Shown here one piece after another: positions 1 through 10,542 of a DNA stretch of 32,000 nucleotides. The notes beneath the pieces are model-generated. The model did not search any database, had not been told where the DNA came from, and was given only the letters and a program-made list of their open reading frames with translations. The stretch is from Mesoplasma florum L1. GTDB taxonomy: Bacteria; Bacillota_I; Bacilli_A; Mycoplasmatales; Mycoplasmataceae. A program made the position numbers and the translations under genes. The first letter of the stretch is position 1; each line of letters starts with the position of its first letter. The stretch lies in contig NC_006055.1 of assembly GCF_000008305.1 (NCBI RefSeq), positions 761,225 through 793,224 of the forward strand. Reading direction: 5' to 3'.

Positions 1-1687
1 TGGTAAAAGTGCGGATAAAATTATTCTTGCTTCCGATCCCGACCGTGAAGGAGAAGCTATTGCTTGACATTTAGCAAATCTTTTTGCTAAAGATAATAAA
101 GAAATAAAAAGAATAACATTTAATGAAATTACTGAAAGTGCTGTTGTTAAGGCTTTTGGTGAAATGAGAGAAATAGATATAGATTTAGTTAACGCACAGT
201 TGTCTAGACAAATGTTAGATAAAATAATCGGATATATGGTTTCTAATTCTCTTCAAAAAAGCACAGGATTATTAAGCGCAGGTAGGGTTCAAACACCAGC
301 ATTAAAAATACTTGTTGATAGAGATAAAATAATTAAAGCTTTCGTTGAAACTATTTATAAAAAGATTTTTGTTATGGATTCAAAGCAAAATGTTAAATTA
401 TTTTTATACAAAGACGATAATAACTTAGTTGTAAATGATCCAAAAAATTATTATATTTCTGAAGAACAATCTAAAGTTATTATAAATAACTTAGGTGAAG
501 ATTATAAATGTACTAAATATAAAGCCAAAGAATTTGAAGTAAGAAGCTTTAAACCTTATTCAACAGCTAGTTTGCTACAGGATGGTTTTAGTAAATTGAG
601 AATGAGTGCTGCTCAAATTACAGTTGCTGCTCAAAAACTTTATGAAGCAGGACTTGTGACATATATAAGAACAGATTCTAATAGATATTCTAGTGATTTT
701 GTTCTTGAAGCTAAGAATTTTATTAATAAAAATTTTAAAGGTGATCTTTTTAAAGAAGCTGTTCCTGTAAGAACTCAAGCTAATGCGCAAGAAGCCCATG
801 AGTCAATTAGACCAACAGATTTAAACCAACGACCAGAAAACATATCTTCACAAATAGAAGACAAAAATATGATTAGACTTTATAACTTAATTTGATGAAA
901 TACAGTTAAATCATTAATGAAAGGTCCTAGTGGTTTCTATCACAACTGAACTTTCTGAAATAATGGTTATGAATTTAAACAAAGTTGAAAAGAAGTATTG
1001 GATTTAGGATACAACAAATTGGATAAATTTGAAACCGATGAGGATGTTGAGCTTGATGAAAATGATGATGAGATTTCTAATGATGATGAAATCAAGCCAC
1101 CTTTTGAATTTAAGGAAAATTATGTTTTCTCAATTAATAAAAACGCAATAGTCACAGAAGAGGCTAAAACATCTCCACCAAGAATGTTTAACCAAGCAAG
1201 TTTGGTTAGAGAGCTAAAAGATTTGGGTATTGGAAGACCTTCAACTTATACTCCAACTCTTTCAAAATTAAAAGAACGAGAATATGCAATACCACATAGA
1301 GGTAAACCATTTGAAGTTACTGAAAAAGGGTATCAAGCAGAAGAGTTTTTATATAATAAATATGAAGATTTCTTCAATGTTAATTACACAGCTAAAATGG
1401 AAGAAAATTTAGATGAGATAGCAGAAGGTAAGTTTGATTACAAAGATTGAATTAAGACAATTTATGAAGACTTAAATGCTTCTGTGAAAGCTCAAATTCA
1501 AGAAGCTAAGACTAGCGATATAAAATGCCCTAGATGTCATGAAGGTAATCTTGTATTTATTAAATCTAAATTTGGTAGAGGTAGAGGTTGTTCTAACTTC
1601 ACAACAACTAAATGCGGATATCGTGAATATGAACAAAGAGATGGTTCATGATTAGAATACGTTGCTAAGCCAAAAGAAACAAAATAA
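1..1687 (+). CDS. topA: DNA topoisomerase I (5' end cut by window edge)
   Basis: Frame starting at nt 2 reads [25 protein letters not shown] (Toprim acidic motif; W is TGA at 76-78). Track ORFs 164-895 and 998-1450 are the same frame, joined through in-frame TGA codons. C-terminal zinc ribbon CPRCHEGNL...GCSNFTTTKCGY. TAA stop at 1685-1687. Confidence 0.97.
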
Positions 1688-1690
1688 AAA

Positions 1691-1719
1691 AACAAGGTTT
1701 TAAAAATCCTTGTTTTTTT
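1691..1719. terminator. Bidirectional rho-independent terminator between convergent topA and the nuclease gene
   Basis: Stem aacaagg (1691-1697) pairs with ccttgtt (1708-1714). A T-run follows on + (1715-1719) and an A-run lies upstream (1681-1690), which is a T-run on the minus strand. It sits between the stops at 1687 (+) and 1721 (-). Confidence 0.75.
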
Positions 1720-1720
1720 A

Positions 1721-2404
1721 TTATATTTTTAAAGATTTTAAAATGGCTAAAATTTCTTCTTTTTCAGTATTTGCTTTTAATAAAGTTTCTTCATCAATCA
1801 AATATATTTGTTTGTTAATTAGATTACAATTTATAACAAAAAAACTTTGTAACTCAAAACCTGAAAATTTTACTTGTTTAAATCTTTCTTTTAGTAAATC
1901 ATTATATAAAACAACTTGTAATGCTTCTTTGTTTTTAGCAAGTAATTTAGTTGTTTTTATATCTCCTATTACATACTTTTTAAGCTTTGTATTTATTAAT
2001 AACAAATCAAGTGTTCCAACGTATTCTTTTCCTATCATTGAAAGTTCGCTTATTATTTCTCATCCTTCAGATTCAGGATAGTCATTAGAAATTTTGTTTA
2101 AAACTCATAACAATCACTCTTTCATTTCAAAATGCGATTTGATCTCACAACAATTCTTAGTTACTTTTTCATTTATAAAGTTTTCAGCAATTTTATGTAA
2201 ATGTTTTCCTCTTGCAATTGCTAAATCTAATATTTGCTGACCTTCAGGTGTTTCGGCAAAAGATGTATCAAATACATGATGAGGAAGTAAATCAATAAGT
2301 TTTGACACACTAGGTTTGTTAACTTCAATTCCATCTAAATAATATTTGTGAGTTAACTCTTCAATTAAAATATTTCTTTCTAGAATTTTTTTTACTTTTT
2401 TCAT
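1721..2404 (-). CDS. PD-(D/E)xK nuclease, RecB/Cas4-like family (227 aa)
   Basis: Track ORFs 1721-2038 and 2114-2404 are in one frame. The gap holds three in-frame TGA (W) and no true stop (translated codon by codon: ...FEMKEWLLWVLNKISNDYPESEGWEIISELSMIGKEY...). Motifs GTLDLL (GxhD), IGDIKT (D/E-h-K) and ALQVVLY (QhxxY). SD AAAGGTGGTG lies upstream of ATG 2404. TAA stop at 1721-1723. Confidence 0.8.
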
Positions 2405-2472
2405 TACACACCACCTTTAAACATTATTATACAAAAAAGATTAAAATATATAAAAACAAGGAAGTAAACTAA

Positions 2473-3168
2473 ATGCAAAAATACATAAAAAATTTTAAAG
2501 TTTCATTTTTAAATGATGCTAACAGTTATTTAATTGTTAATGAAATATCTAAAAAAGCAATATTAATTGATGGCGGTTACAATGCAAATTTAATATTAAA
2601 TTATTTAATAAATAACAATTTAGATTTAACAGATATTTTTATTACACACTTTCACCATGATCATATTGTTGGTCTGGACTACATCTCTATACAAACAAAC
2701 GCTAATATTCATATACATGAATATGATTTCGAATATTTATTTGACGTCAATGTAAATGGAACTCAAAATGGTCAAAAAGTTGATTTTACTAATCAGAAGA
2801 TTTCATTTAAAGTATTTGATAAAAATTTAAAGTTAACAATTAATGATTTCTTAATAAATGTTATACATAAAGGCGGTCATTCTAAAGGAACTACATTTTA
2901 CGAGGTAGATAACCAATATTTATTTGTGGGAGATACGCTTTTTATTGATGGATTTGGATATCATAAAAAACTTTTTAGTGACGCAGTCAACCACCCTTTA
3001 AAGAATATGTTTGATAAGACTTGTAATGATGAAATATTTTTTGAGTCCATAAAATCTATTGGTAACGAATTTAGTGAACATTTAATTTATCCTGGTCACT
3101 GAAAAGAAGGTTTTAAAATAAAAGAGATTATTGCGAACAATAATCATCCTTTTAATAAATTAAAATAA
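2473..3168 (+). CDS. MBL-fold metallo-hydrolase (hydroxyacylglutathione hydrolase-like)
   Basis: THFHHDH (HxHxDH) motif. The track ORF ends at TGA 3100-3102. Reading it as Trp extends the frame to TAA 3166-3168 (...YPGHWKEGFKIKEIIANNNHPFNKLK). SD AAGGAAG lies upstream of ATG 2473. Confidence 0.85.
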
Positions 3169-3188
3169 GTGTTATCATACTATAAAAA

Positions 3189-3212
3189 AAGATGTGTACT
3201 CACATCTTTTTT
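3189..3212. terminator. Bidirectional rho-independent terminator
   Basis: Stem aagatgtg (3189-3196), loop tact, stem cacatctt (3201-3208). Flanked by an A-run (3183-3190) and a T-run (3207-3212). It lies between the convergent stops at 3168 (+) and 3214 (-). Confidence 0.8.
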
Positions 3213-3213
3213 A

Positions 3214-3798
3214 TTATCTTAATTTCTTAGGTATAAATATAACTAAAAGTCCAGCTACACAAATTAAAATTAATATTCCTGAAAATGCTCCCATATCAAA
3301 AATTTGAGATGCTGATGTATAAATATCTTGCCCATTTGAATTTGTTATACTATTTGTTATATTAGTAAATTTAAGAACAAAAAATACTATAGAAACTAAA
3401 ACTAAAATAACTCCCACAAAAGCAAATAATCTTGACACTAAAAATATTTTATTATTTCCTTTTTCTTCCTTAACTTCAATAAAGCTTGTTAATAAAGGAA
3501 TGAGTGCTGAAAGAAAACTTATTGTTAATCCAGCAACTAAAAGTCCATAAGTGTCATGATATAAAACATTATAAGGAGACACTAAATTAAGTGAATTATT
3601 AATTTGCTCATTGATCAAAGCTATTTTTGATAGATTTATTACGTTTAAGTAATATAAATCATTTTCTCCATAATAAACTTTTTGTCTTAAACCTATTCCT
3701 TCAACAGCAGCTATTAATAAGCAACTAACTGTAATTATTACAAACATATTTAAAAAAACATTTTTATGTTTATTAAATCATTCATTTTTTATTATCAT
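3214..3798 (-). CDS. Uncharacterised integral membrane protein (about 4 TM segments)
   Basis: Track ORF 3214-3747 (177 aa) is strongly hydrophobic. In code 4 the frame stays open upstream to ATG 3798 (MIIKNEWFNKHKNVFLN-MFVIIT...), which follows AAAGAGGA. ATG 3747 is an alternative start. Confidence 0.6.
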
Positions 3799-3839
3799 AT
3801 GATCCTCTTTTCTATTTGAATTATACAATATATATTATT

Positions 3840-5234
3840 TTATTTTTTAAATTTAGATTTTATTCATTCTATGCACATAAAACCTTCATTTAATTTTGTC
3901 GGTAATATTAAATTTAAAATTATACCTATAAATGCAGCTAGCCCTAATCCAGGTAAATTGAATGAACCTATGTCTATTCCTTCACCTAATACGCTAAGAA
4001 CAACTCCAATTACTAATACTGTAGCTGATATGAATACATTTCTCATATTCATAAAATCTGTTTTACTTGTTATCATTATTCTTACACCATTAATACTTAT
4101 AAATCCAAACATAATCATTCCAACACCACCCATTACAGGCTCTGGTAGCATTGATATTGTTTGGTTAACTGGTGCAACAAATGATAAAATTATAGCTATT
4201 ACTGCGGCTCCACCAGTTACTCACACAGATGCAACCTTTGTCATACCAATAACCGCTGTATTTTCACCATAAGTAGTGTTTGGTGGGCCACCAACTAAAC
4301 CATCAAATACTATAGAAACACCATCTGCAATAAGTGTTCTATGTATACCAGGGTCTTTTACAAAATCTTTTTTAGTTATGTATCCCATTGCTATATGATC
4401 GCCAATATGTTCTGCCATTGCAATTATTGCTAATGGTGATATTGCTAATATCGCTGGCAATATATTTTTGGCTTCTTGTTTTCATAATGGTTTGAATGAA
4501 GGATATCATTCTCACTGAGATACATCTGTTATTTTTGTTGTATCTATTAATGTTGAATTTTTCATTGAAAAATGAATAATCAAACTTAAAACGAATCCTG
4601 ATAATATTCCAATCATAACCGGAATAACTTTTGCTATCCCTTTAGCTTTCAATGTTACTATAATAGTCACCATAAAAGTAAATACTGCTATTAGTGCTGC
4701 AATTCATTGTGCATATCCCTTTGCTGAATCACTCCAACTTTTTGCACTTGTTATACCCGCATTAGCTAATGCAGAAGGTGCTGCGCTTAATCCAATTATC
4801 ATTATTAAAGGTCCTATAACAATTACAGGAAATATTTTTTCAATAAAACCAGTACCTAAATAATATACTAATATCCCAAATAATATATAAATCAGTCCAG
4901 CAACCATTATAGCCACAAATACTGAATTTCCATATGCTTGATAATTCATTCCGATCGCTGTCATATACGCAAACGAACTACCTAAATACATTGGCACTTT
5001 TGCTTTTGTTAAAGCAATATATATTAATGTTCCAACACCAGAACAAAATAATGCCATTGAAGAAGTCATTACAACCTCTTTAGCAAGTCCATTTATAATA
5101 ATGGGAACAAGCACTGTTGATCCAAACATAGCAAACACATGTTGAATAGAAAATATAAATCATTGTCCATAACTTTTTGGCTTTTCTCTCGGCTCTAAAG
5201 CAAGACCTATTTCTTCTTGTTTTAACTCTTTCAT
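3840..5234 (-). CDS. pyrP: Uracil/xanthine permease, NCS2 family (464 aa)
   Basis: Track ORFs 3864-4151, 4221-4460 and 4704-5138 share one frame (their offsets are multiples of 3) and join through TGA codons. N-terminus MKELKQEEIGLALEPREKPKSYGQWFIFSIQHVFAMFGSTVLVP is typical of UraA/PyrP. SD GAAAGAGGGG lies before ATG 5234. The apparent stop at 3864 is TGA; the true TAA is at 3840-3842. Confidence 0.85.
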
Positions 5235-5253
5235 TTTCCCCTCTTTCCGTTTT

Positions 5254-5289
5254 TACAAAAAAAATAATCGTCTATAAAAGACGATTATT
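5254..5289 (-). terminator. Intrinsic terminator/attenuator hairpin 29 nt upstream of the pyrP start
   Basis: Perfect 11-bp stem aataatcgtct (5263-5273) with agacgattatt (5279-5289) and loop ataaa. On the minus strand a run of eight T follows (complement of the A-run at 5255-5262). Confidence 0.75.
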
Positions 5290-5356
5290 TGGTTGTTAAA
5301 AACTTGTTTTCGATTATTGGTGGATTTTTTAAAAAATGTTTAATTAATTTTTTCAT
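5285..5356 (-). CDS. Candidate 23-aa leader peptide MKKLIKHFLKNPPIIENKFLTTK
   Basis: GGAGGTG, 6 nt spacer, then ATG (5356). The TAA stop (5285-5287) lies inside the 5' arm of the terminator hairpin. It was too short for the ORF track. Confidence 0.4.
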   Translation of the reverse strand: MKKLIKHFLKNPPIIENKFLTTK

Positions 5357-5386
5357 AAAAAACACCTCCAACAAATCTTAAAATTT

Positions 5387-5392
5387 ATTATA
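5387..5392 (-). promoter_or_regulatory. Candidate -10 box (TATAAT) for the leader-pyrP transcript
   Basis: Exact TATAAT on the minus strand, about 18 nt upstream of the GGAGG of the leader ORF and downstream of the ygjP-like stop. No convincing -35 box. Confidence 0.3.
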
Positions 5393-5412
5393 GTTTATTT
5401 AAAATAAAAAAT

Positions 5413-6105
5413 CTATATTCCTGTTGAATTTAATTGAGTTTGCAATTCTTTATAATTTGGGCAATACCTTTCAACAAAATGTCAAAATTCTTTTGAATGA
5501 TTTGGGTGTAAAATATGTGTTAACTCATGAATGATAACATAACTAATGATTTCATCATTAAAATGCAATAATTTTGTGTTGTACGCTATTTTAGAATCTT
5601 TAGGCAAACAATATCCTCATTTAGCCTTCATAAGTTTAACATTGACATTTCTAAATTGAACATTCATTTTCAAGCTTCAATCAATTGTTCTTGAAATGAA
5701 TCAATTTTTATAATGTTTAGCTAAAATACTATAAAGCTTTTTAACTTGTTCTTCTTGGTTAAAATAATTTTTCATATAAATCTTATTGTTTTCAATTTTA
5801 GATCTTGTTAAATTTTCATCTATTATTATTTCCATCTCTTGGTCAAAAACTTTAACTCAAGGTTTTAAAGTATTGAAATCATATACTGATGCAATTATAT
5901 GCTTATTTTGAACTGAAACTATTTTTGAAATATTTTTATAAATAATTTTTTCAATTTCTCAATCAGGTGTATTAAAAGGTGCACTAATTCTAACTTCGCC
6001 TTGTATAACTCTTAAAATGATGTGTTTCTGTTCTTTATATGTAATTGTATAGCTTAAATTATTGCCTTGATAAGACAACGTTTTTTTAATTTTTAAACTA
6101 GACAT
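5413..6105 (-). CDS. YgjP-like (DUF45/M48-type) zinc metallohydrolase (230 aa)
   Basis: Absent from the ORF track because about six in-frame TGA codons fragment it. Hand translation gives [17 protein letters not shown]...[68 protein letters not shown], with the HExxH...FW signature. TAG stop at 5413-5415. Length is 693 nt, divisible by 3. Confidence 0.8.
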
Positions 6106-7192
6106 TAAATTTAAAGAAACAAACATCACCGTCTTGCATTATGTAACCTTTACCTTCAAGACGCATTTTTCCAGATTCTTTAACTTTCTTTTCATCCCCT
6201 AATTCAATAAGGTCTTGAACATTATAAATATCTGCTTTAATGAATCCTCTTTCAAAGTCAGTGTGTATTACACCAGCACATTGAGGTGCTGTTCATCCTT
6301 TTTTATATTGTCAGCTTCTAGCTTCTTGTGGTCCTGCTGTAAAATATGTTTCTAAGTCTAGTGCTTCATATGCCGCTTTTATAACTTGTTCTAAACCAGA
6401 ATATTTAACACCTAAGTCATTTAAAAACTCAGCCTTTTCTTCAGGTGTTGCTTCACTTAAATCTTCTTCAATTTTGGCACAAATTTTTACAACTGAAGCG
6501 TTATTATTTAAAGCAAATTCTTTAACTTGTTTAACATATTCATTGTCTTCAATTAATTCATCATCATTAACATTAGCAACATAAATGAAAGTTTTTGCAG
6601 TTAAGAATTGGAAACCTTTAAGAATTTTATCTTCTTCATCATTTAATTCTAATGTATTTAAAAGTTTATTTGAATCTAAACATTCAGCAGCCTTTTTTAG
6701 AACTTCCATTTCAGCTACTAAAGTTTTATCTCCACCACGAACCTTTGGAGTTATTCTTTCAATACGTTTTTTAATTGTAGCTTCATCAGATAACATTAAT
6801 TCTAAGTTTATGATTTCAATATCTCTTATAGGGTCAACGCTTCCTTCAACGTGTGTTATATCTTTATTTTCAAAACATCTAACAACTTCACAAATTGCAT
6901 CAGTCTCTCTAATGTTAGCTAAAAATGCATTACCCAAACCTTCACCTTTTGATGCTCCTGCAATTAAACCTGCAATGTCAACAAATTCAATTGTCGTAGC
7001 TATTTTTTTCTTTGAATTAAATATTTCATTAATTTTATCTAATCTTTCATCTGGAACTTCAACAACACCTACGTTTGGTTCTATTGTTGCAAATGGATAA
7101 TTTGCTGCTTCTACATTTGAATTTGTTATTGCATTAAATAAAGTTGACTTACCTACATTTGGTAAACCTACTATTCCTACTTTTAAACTCAT
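6098..7192 (-). CDS. ychF: Ribosome-binding ATPase YchF (364 aa)
   Basis: N-terminal [14 protein letters not shown]-loop. Track ORF 6311-7192 continues through TGA to ...[16 protein letters not shown], the typical YchF C-terminus. TAG stop at 6098-6100. SD GAAGGAG lies before ATG 7192. Confidence 0.97.
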
Positions 7193-7193
7193 C

Positions 7194-7391
7194 TTATTCT
7201 CCTTCTTTTTTTATTATTTGTTTTATTTGTTTATCTAAAACACTTCTTCTTAATTCTATAAATAAATCAAACTTGTCAGTACTTTTAAATTTGTATAGCG
7301 CACCAATGCGAATTAGTTCTCATTTTACAGTTCCACTTGGGTGCGATTTTTTAAAGACAACTAAATCACCGATTTGTAATTCTGTATGCAT
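7194..7391 (-). CDS. DUF951 family small protein (65 aa)
   Basis: Hand translation: MHTELQIGDLVVFKKSHPSGTVKWELIRIGALYKFKSTDKFDLFIELRRSVLDKQIKQIIKKEGE. The KK-HP-G---W-(L/V)-R-G pattern and its position next to ychF match the DUF951/YyzM family in Firmicutes. One internal TGA hid it from the track. Confidence 0.7.
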
Positions 7392-8095
7392 TATTTTTTA
7401 CCGCTCTCTTTAACTATTTTTGCATATTCTCTTGGATAAAGTTCTGGAGTTGATTTTTCTTTTTCATAAAATAAATTTATTCTTTCTCCGAAACCTGTAT
7501 CAGCAAGAGACTGTTTATTAGTTAATTTTATTTTAAGTTTTTGATCAATATTTTTTGAGTTTTTTATTTCCTCATCAGCTCTTGGTCCTTTTAACAAAAT
7601 TAATTTTCCTTGAATCTTTAAGAATCTAACGGCTAATTCTAAAATCACATCCAAATATGCAACAGCTCTAGAAATTGCTATATCATATTTTTCGTTTTCA
7701 ATTCTAGCCAATTCTTCTGCTCTTGCATGTTTTGCTTCAATTTGTTTTAGATTCAGTTTTTTAATTACAATGTTAAGAAAATTTATTTTTTTATTATTTG
7801 AATCAATTAGAGTAATATCTGTTTCAGGAAAAAATATTTTTAAAACTATTCCTGGGAAGCCAGGCCCTGTTCCAATATCTATAATTTTTTGATTATCAAT
7901 TTTTGTTTCCTTTGTAAATAATAAAGAATCTAAAAAATGTTTTTCATAAACATCTTCTTCATTTGTTATTCTTGTTAAATTATATTTTAAGTTTTCTTCA
8001 ACAAGTATTTTATAATACTCATTTAATTTATCTTTTATTTCTTCTGATGGAACAAAGCCTAAATTGTCTTCAAAAATTTTTCAATTATTAAACAT
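7391..8095 (-). CDS. rsmG: 16S rRNA (guanine527-N7)-methyltransferase
   Basis: Track ORF 7391-7711 extends upstream in frame to ATG 8095 (MFNNWKIFEDNLGF...DIGTGPGFPGIVLKI SAM motif). SD AAAAGGAG. Its TAA stop shares one nt with the ATG of the downstream gene (TAATG). Confidence 0.93.
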
Positions 8096-8168
8096 TGTTC
8101 ACATCTCCTTTTCTTCTTTTAACTTAAATTATTATAGCACATACCTTCTTTTTAAGATTGCTAAATAA

Positions 8169-8188
8169 AAAGGAACATAAGTTCCTTT
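8169..8188 (-). terminator. Rho-independent terminator after pgsA
   Basis: Stem aaaggaac (8169-8176) with gttccttt (8181-8188), loop ataa. T-rich tail on the minus strand. It lies 6 nt past the pgsA stop. Confidence 0.6.
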
Positions 8189-8193
8189 GTTTA

Positions 8194-8811
8194 CTAAAAT
8201 AAATTTTTTCTTGCTTTTAAGAAATAATCCAAACCACTATATAAACTGAAAGCTACAGCTATATACATTGGAATTAAAATCAATTGTTCTTGTCAAACTT
8301 CTATATTAAGAGTAAATGAGCTAAAAAAGAATAAGATTGATAATCCAATCATTTGGAAAACTGTTTTTAATTTTCCAAAAATTCCTGCAGATAAAGTTAT
8401 ATTTTTTGAACTCAATATCATTCTAATAAAATCTACAAATATATCTCTTAGGATTAAGACTAAAGTTACTCAAACAGGTATTATAGAAATACTTGAAGCG
8501 AATAAAATTAAAGTTGCATTAACAAGAAGTTTGTCTGCTATTGGGTCAAAGAATTTCCCAAATTCTGTAACTTGATTATTCTTTCTAGCTAAGTATCCAT
8601 CTAAAAAATCTGTGAAACTTGCTACGATGAATACAATACCAGCTAATAGCATTGTTAATGTTATATGGAATGTTGAAGTGTCAGTTCCAATTATAAAACT
8701 TTTATCTCAATCACAAATGTTTGATATAACAAGCATAACAACAACAGGAACTAAAAGTAATCTTATTAGAGTTAATCAATTAGGTAGATTTAATTTTTGT
8801 TTTTGTTTCAT
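8194..8811 (-). CDS. pgsA: CDP-diacylglycerol--glycerol-3-phosphate 3-phosphatidyltransferase
   Basis: CDP-alcohol phosphatidyltransferase motif DFLDGYLARKNNQVTEFGKFFDPIADK. Frame joined across TGA codons from ATG 8811 (MKQKQKLNLPNWLTLIRL...) to TAG 8194-8196. Length 618 nt. Confidence 0.92.
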
Positions 8812-10426
8812 TGTTTATTTCTCTAAGTTCTTGGGCTTCTTTGGCTGCCATTCAGTTATTAACTTTCATGTCTTTATCAATTTCGCCTTCAAATCCATTT
8901 TCAAATGGATTTATTTTGAACATTCTTTCTTGTAATAATCATATAACAATTGTCGCTAATAAAGTAACGATGAAAATAATTGTAAACATCATTCCGCCAT
9001 TTGTTTTTCAATTCATGTCAGATGAATCAATTAATTGAGGTGCTAAGAAAACAATTAATCCACATATTGTAAAGAATAAGAATAATGTTGTTGAAATGAT
9101 TGCTGAAGGTCAAAAGAATTTAACTTTACTTACTTTTACTTTTTGAGTTTTTCTATTTCACATTGCTGCAATCATTAACATTGATATAACAATAAATATT
9201 AGAACTACACAAACTGATGACATTATTCCTACATAGAACATAGGAGATGTTAAATAAGCAATGTAAATTACTTTTTGAGTTTCAGGATCAAAGAAATTTA
9301 TGTTTACATTTGTTGACATACCCGCTCATTTTCCATGAGATGAAAGACCACCTACTAAAATTAACGCAACATAAAAAGTTACTGATATAGCCATTTGTGT
9401 AAAAGCTGATTTTTTAAATCCATTACCACCTTTTCTTAAATATGTTAATTTCATATTATGATCTGATAGTAAATTAGACGTTCCAAAATGTGTAAACATA
9501 TTTATATTTAGTAAGCATATTAAAAACATTATTAAGTAAACAACTGTACTTGCAGCTTTTATTGATGTGTCTGATGGGTGTTCACTGAAACCTGAAAATA
9601 CTTGTATCAAAACAGTTTCAACACTTCCATCACCACCTAAAAATAAGGATATAGCCATTAAAACATAAAACATTGTTATGAATATTAATCCTGAAATAAT
9701 CGCGATTGGTACAACTTCTTTGTTTTTAGCACTCTTTTGAGTGTTAGCTGTAAAAATATAGCCATCAAATGAAAAAAGTATAGCTCCCATTCCCCCTAAA
9801 AAGTTCATGAAAAGTAAATCTGTTCCACTATCCATTCCCATTCCATTACCTTTGGGATTTGAACCTAATATTGCAATTAAAAATCCTGCAAAAAAAGCTA
9901 TTATTAAAGGTATGAATTTAATAAACATTGCAAAAAATTGCATCTTTCTTGAAATATTTGCTGAATACACATTCACAAAAGCAAATAGTACAAATAGTGA
10001 AACTCCCACAAGTATGTAAACACTCAATAAAGCTTTCGGATCTGGAGTTATTCCTGTGAAAGCAAAAAAGTAGGCAATAGTTAAGCTTACAAATATTGAT
10101 TGATAAGCTGGCATATAAATAGTTGTATATAATACAGAAACAAATGACGCAAATTTTCTATTTATGAATAATTTACATCAGTTGCTTACTGTTCCGTTTC
10201 CTTCTTTTTCAGTTGATTTTGCTATTTCCATAAAAACTACAATTGAAATAACACATACTAGTCCAATTGTTAGTCATAACACAGTAGCTATTCAAGGACT
10301 CTTTGTTTGGCTTATTAGTTCTTGGTTTTTAACATAAATTCCTGAACCAATACAAATTCCTACAATAAGTAAAAATAAGTATCAAAATTCATAAACCTTA
10401 GAACTTTTATCTCTTTTTTTAAACAT
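8780..10426 (-). CDS. Amino acid permease, APC superfamily (548 aa)
   Basis: Polytopic hydrophobic protein. Track ORF 9326-10114 extends in frame through TGA codons from ATG 10426 (MFKKRDKSSKVYEFWYLFLLIVGICIGSGIY...) to TAA 8780-8782. Length 1647 nt. The hydrophilic C-terminal tail overlaps the pgsA start by 32 nt. Confidence 0.8.
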
Positions 10427-10503
10427 CGATTTTTTCTCTTTCTTTTTTAAGTTAGTTATAAAAAAATATATCAAAAAAATAGAGGCAAAACAAGTCCAAG
10501 TAA

Positions 10504-10527
10504 AAAGACACATATAAATGTGCCTTT
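10504..10527 (-). terminator. Rho-independent terminator after deoD (end of nucleoside operon)
   Basis: Ten-position stem 10504-10513 / 10518-10527 with one mismatch, loop ataa. T-run on the minus strand. It lies 16 nt past the deoD stop. Confidence 0.6.
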
Positions 10528-10542
10528 AAAAAGTATTATTTT

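Noticed and set aside
5236-5412. A PyrR-binding anti-antiterminator upstream of pyrP, as in Bacillus.
   Set aside because: No match to the PyrR loop consensus (…UCCAGAGAGG…) is visible on the minus strand. Only the leader ORF and terminator arrangement is supported.
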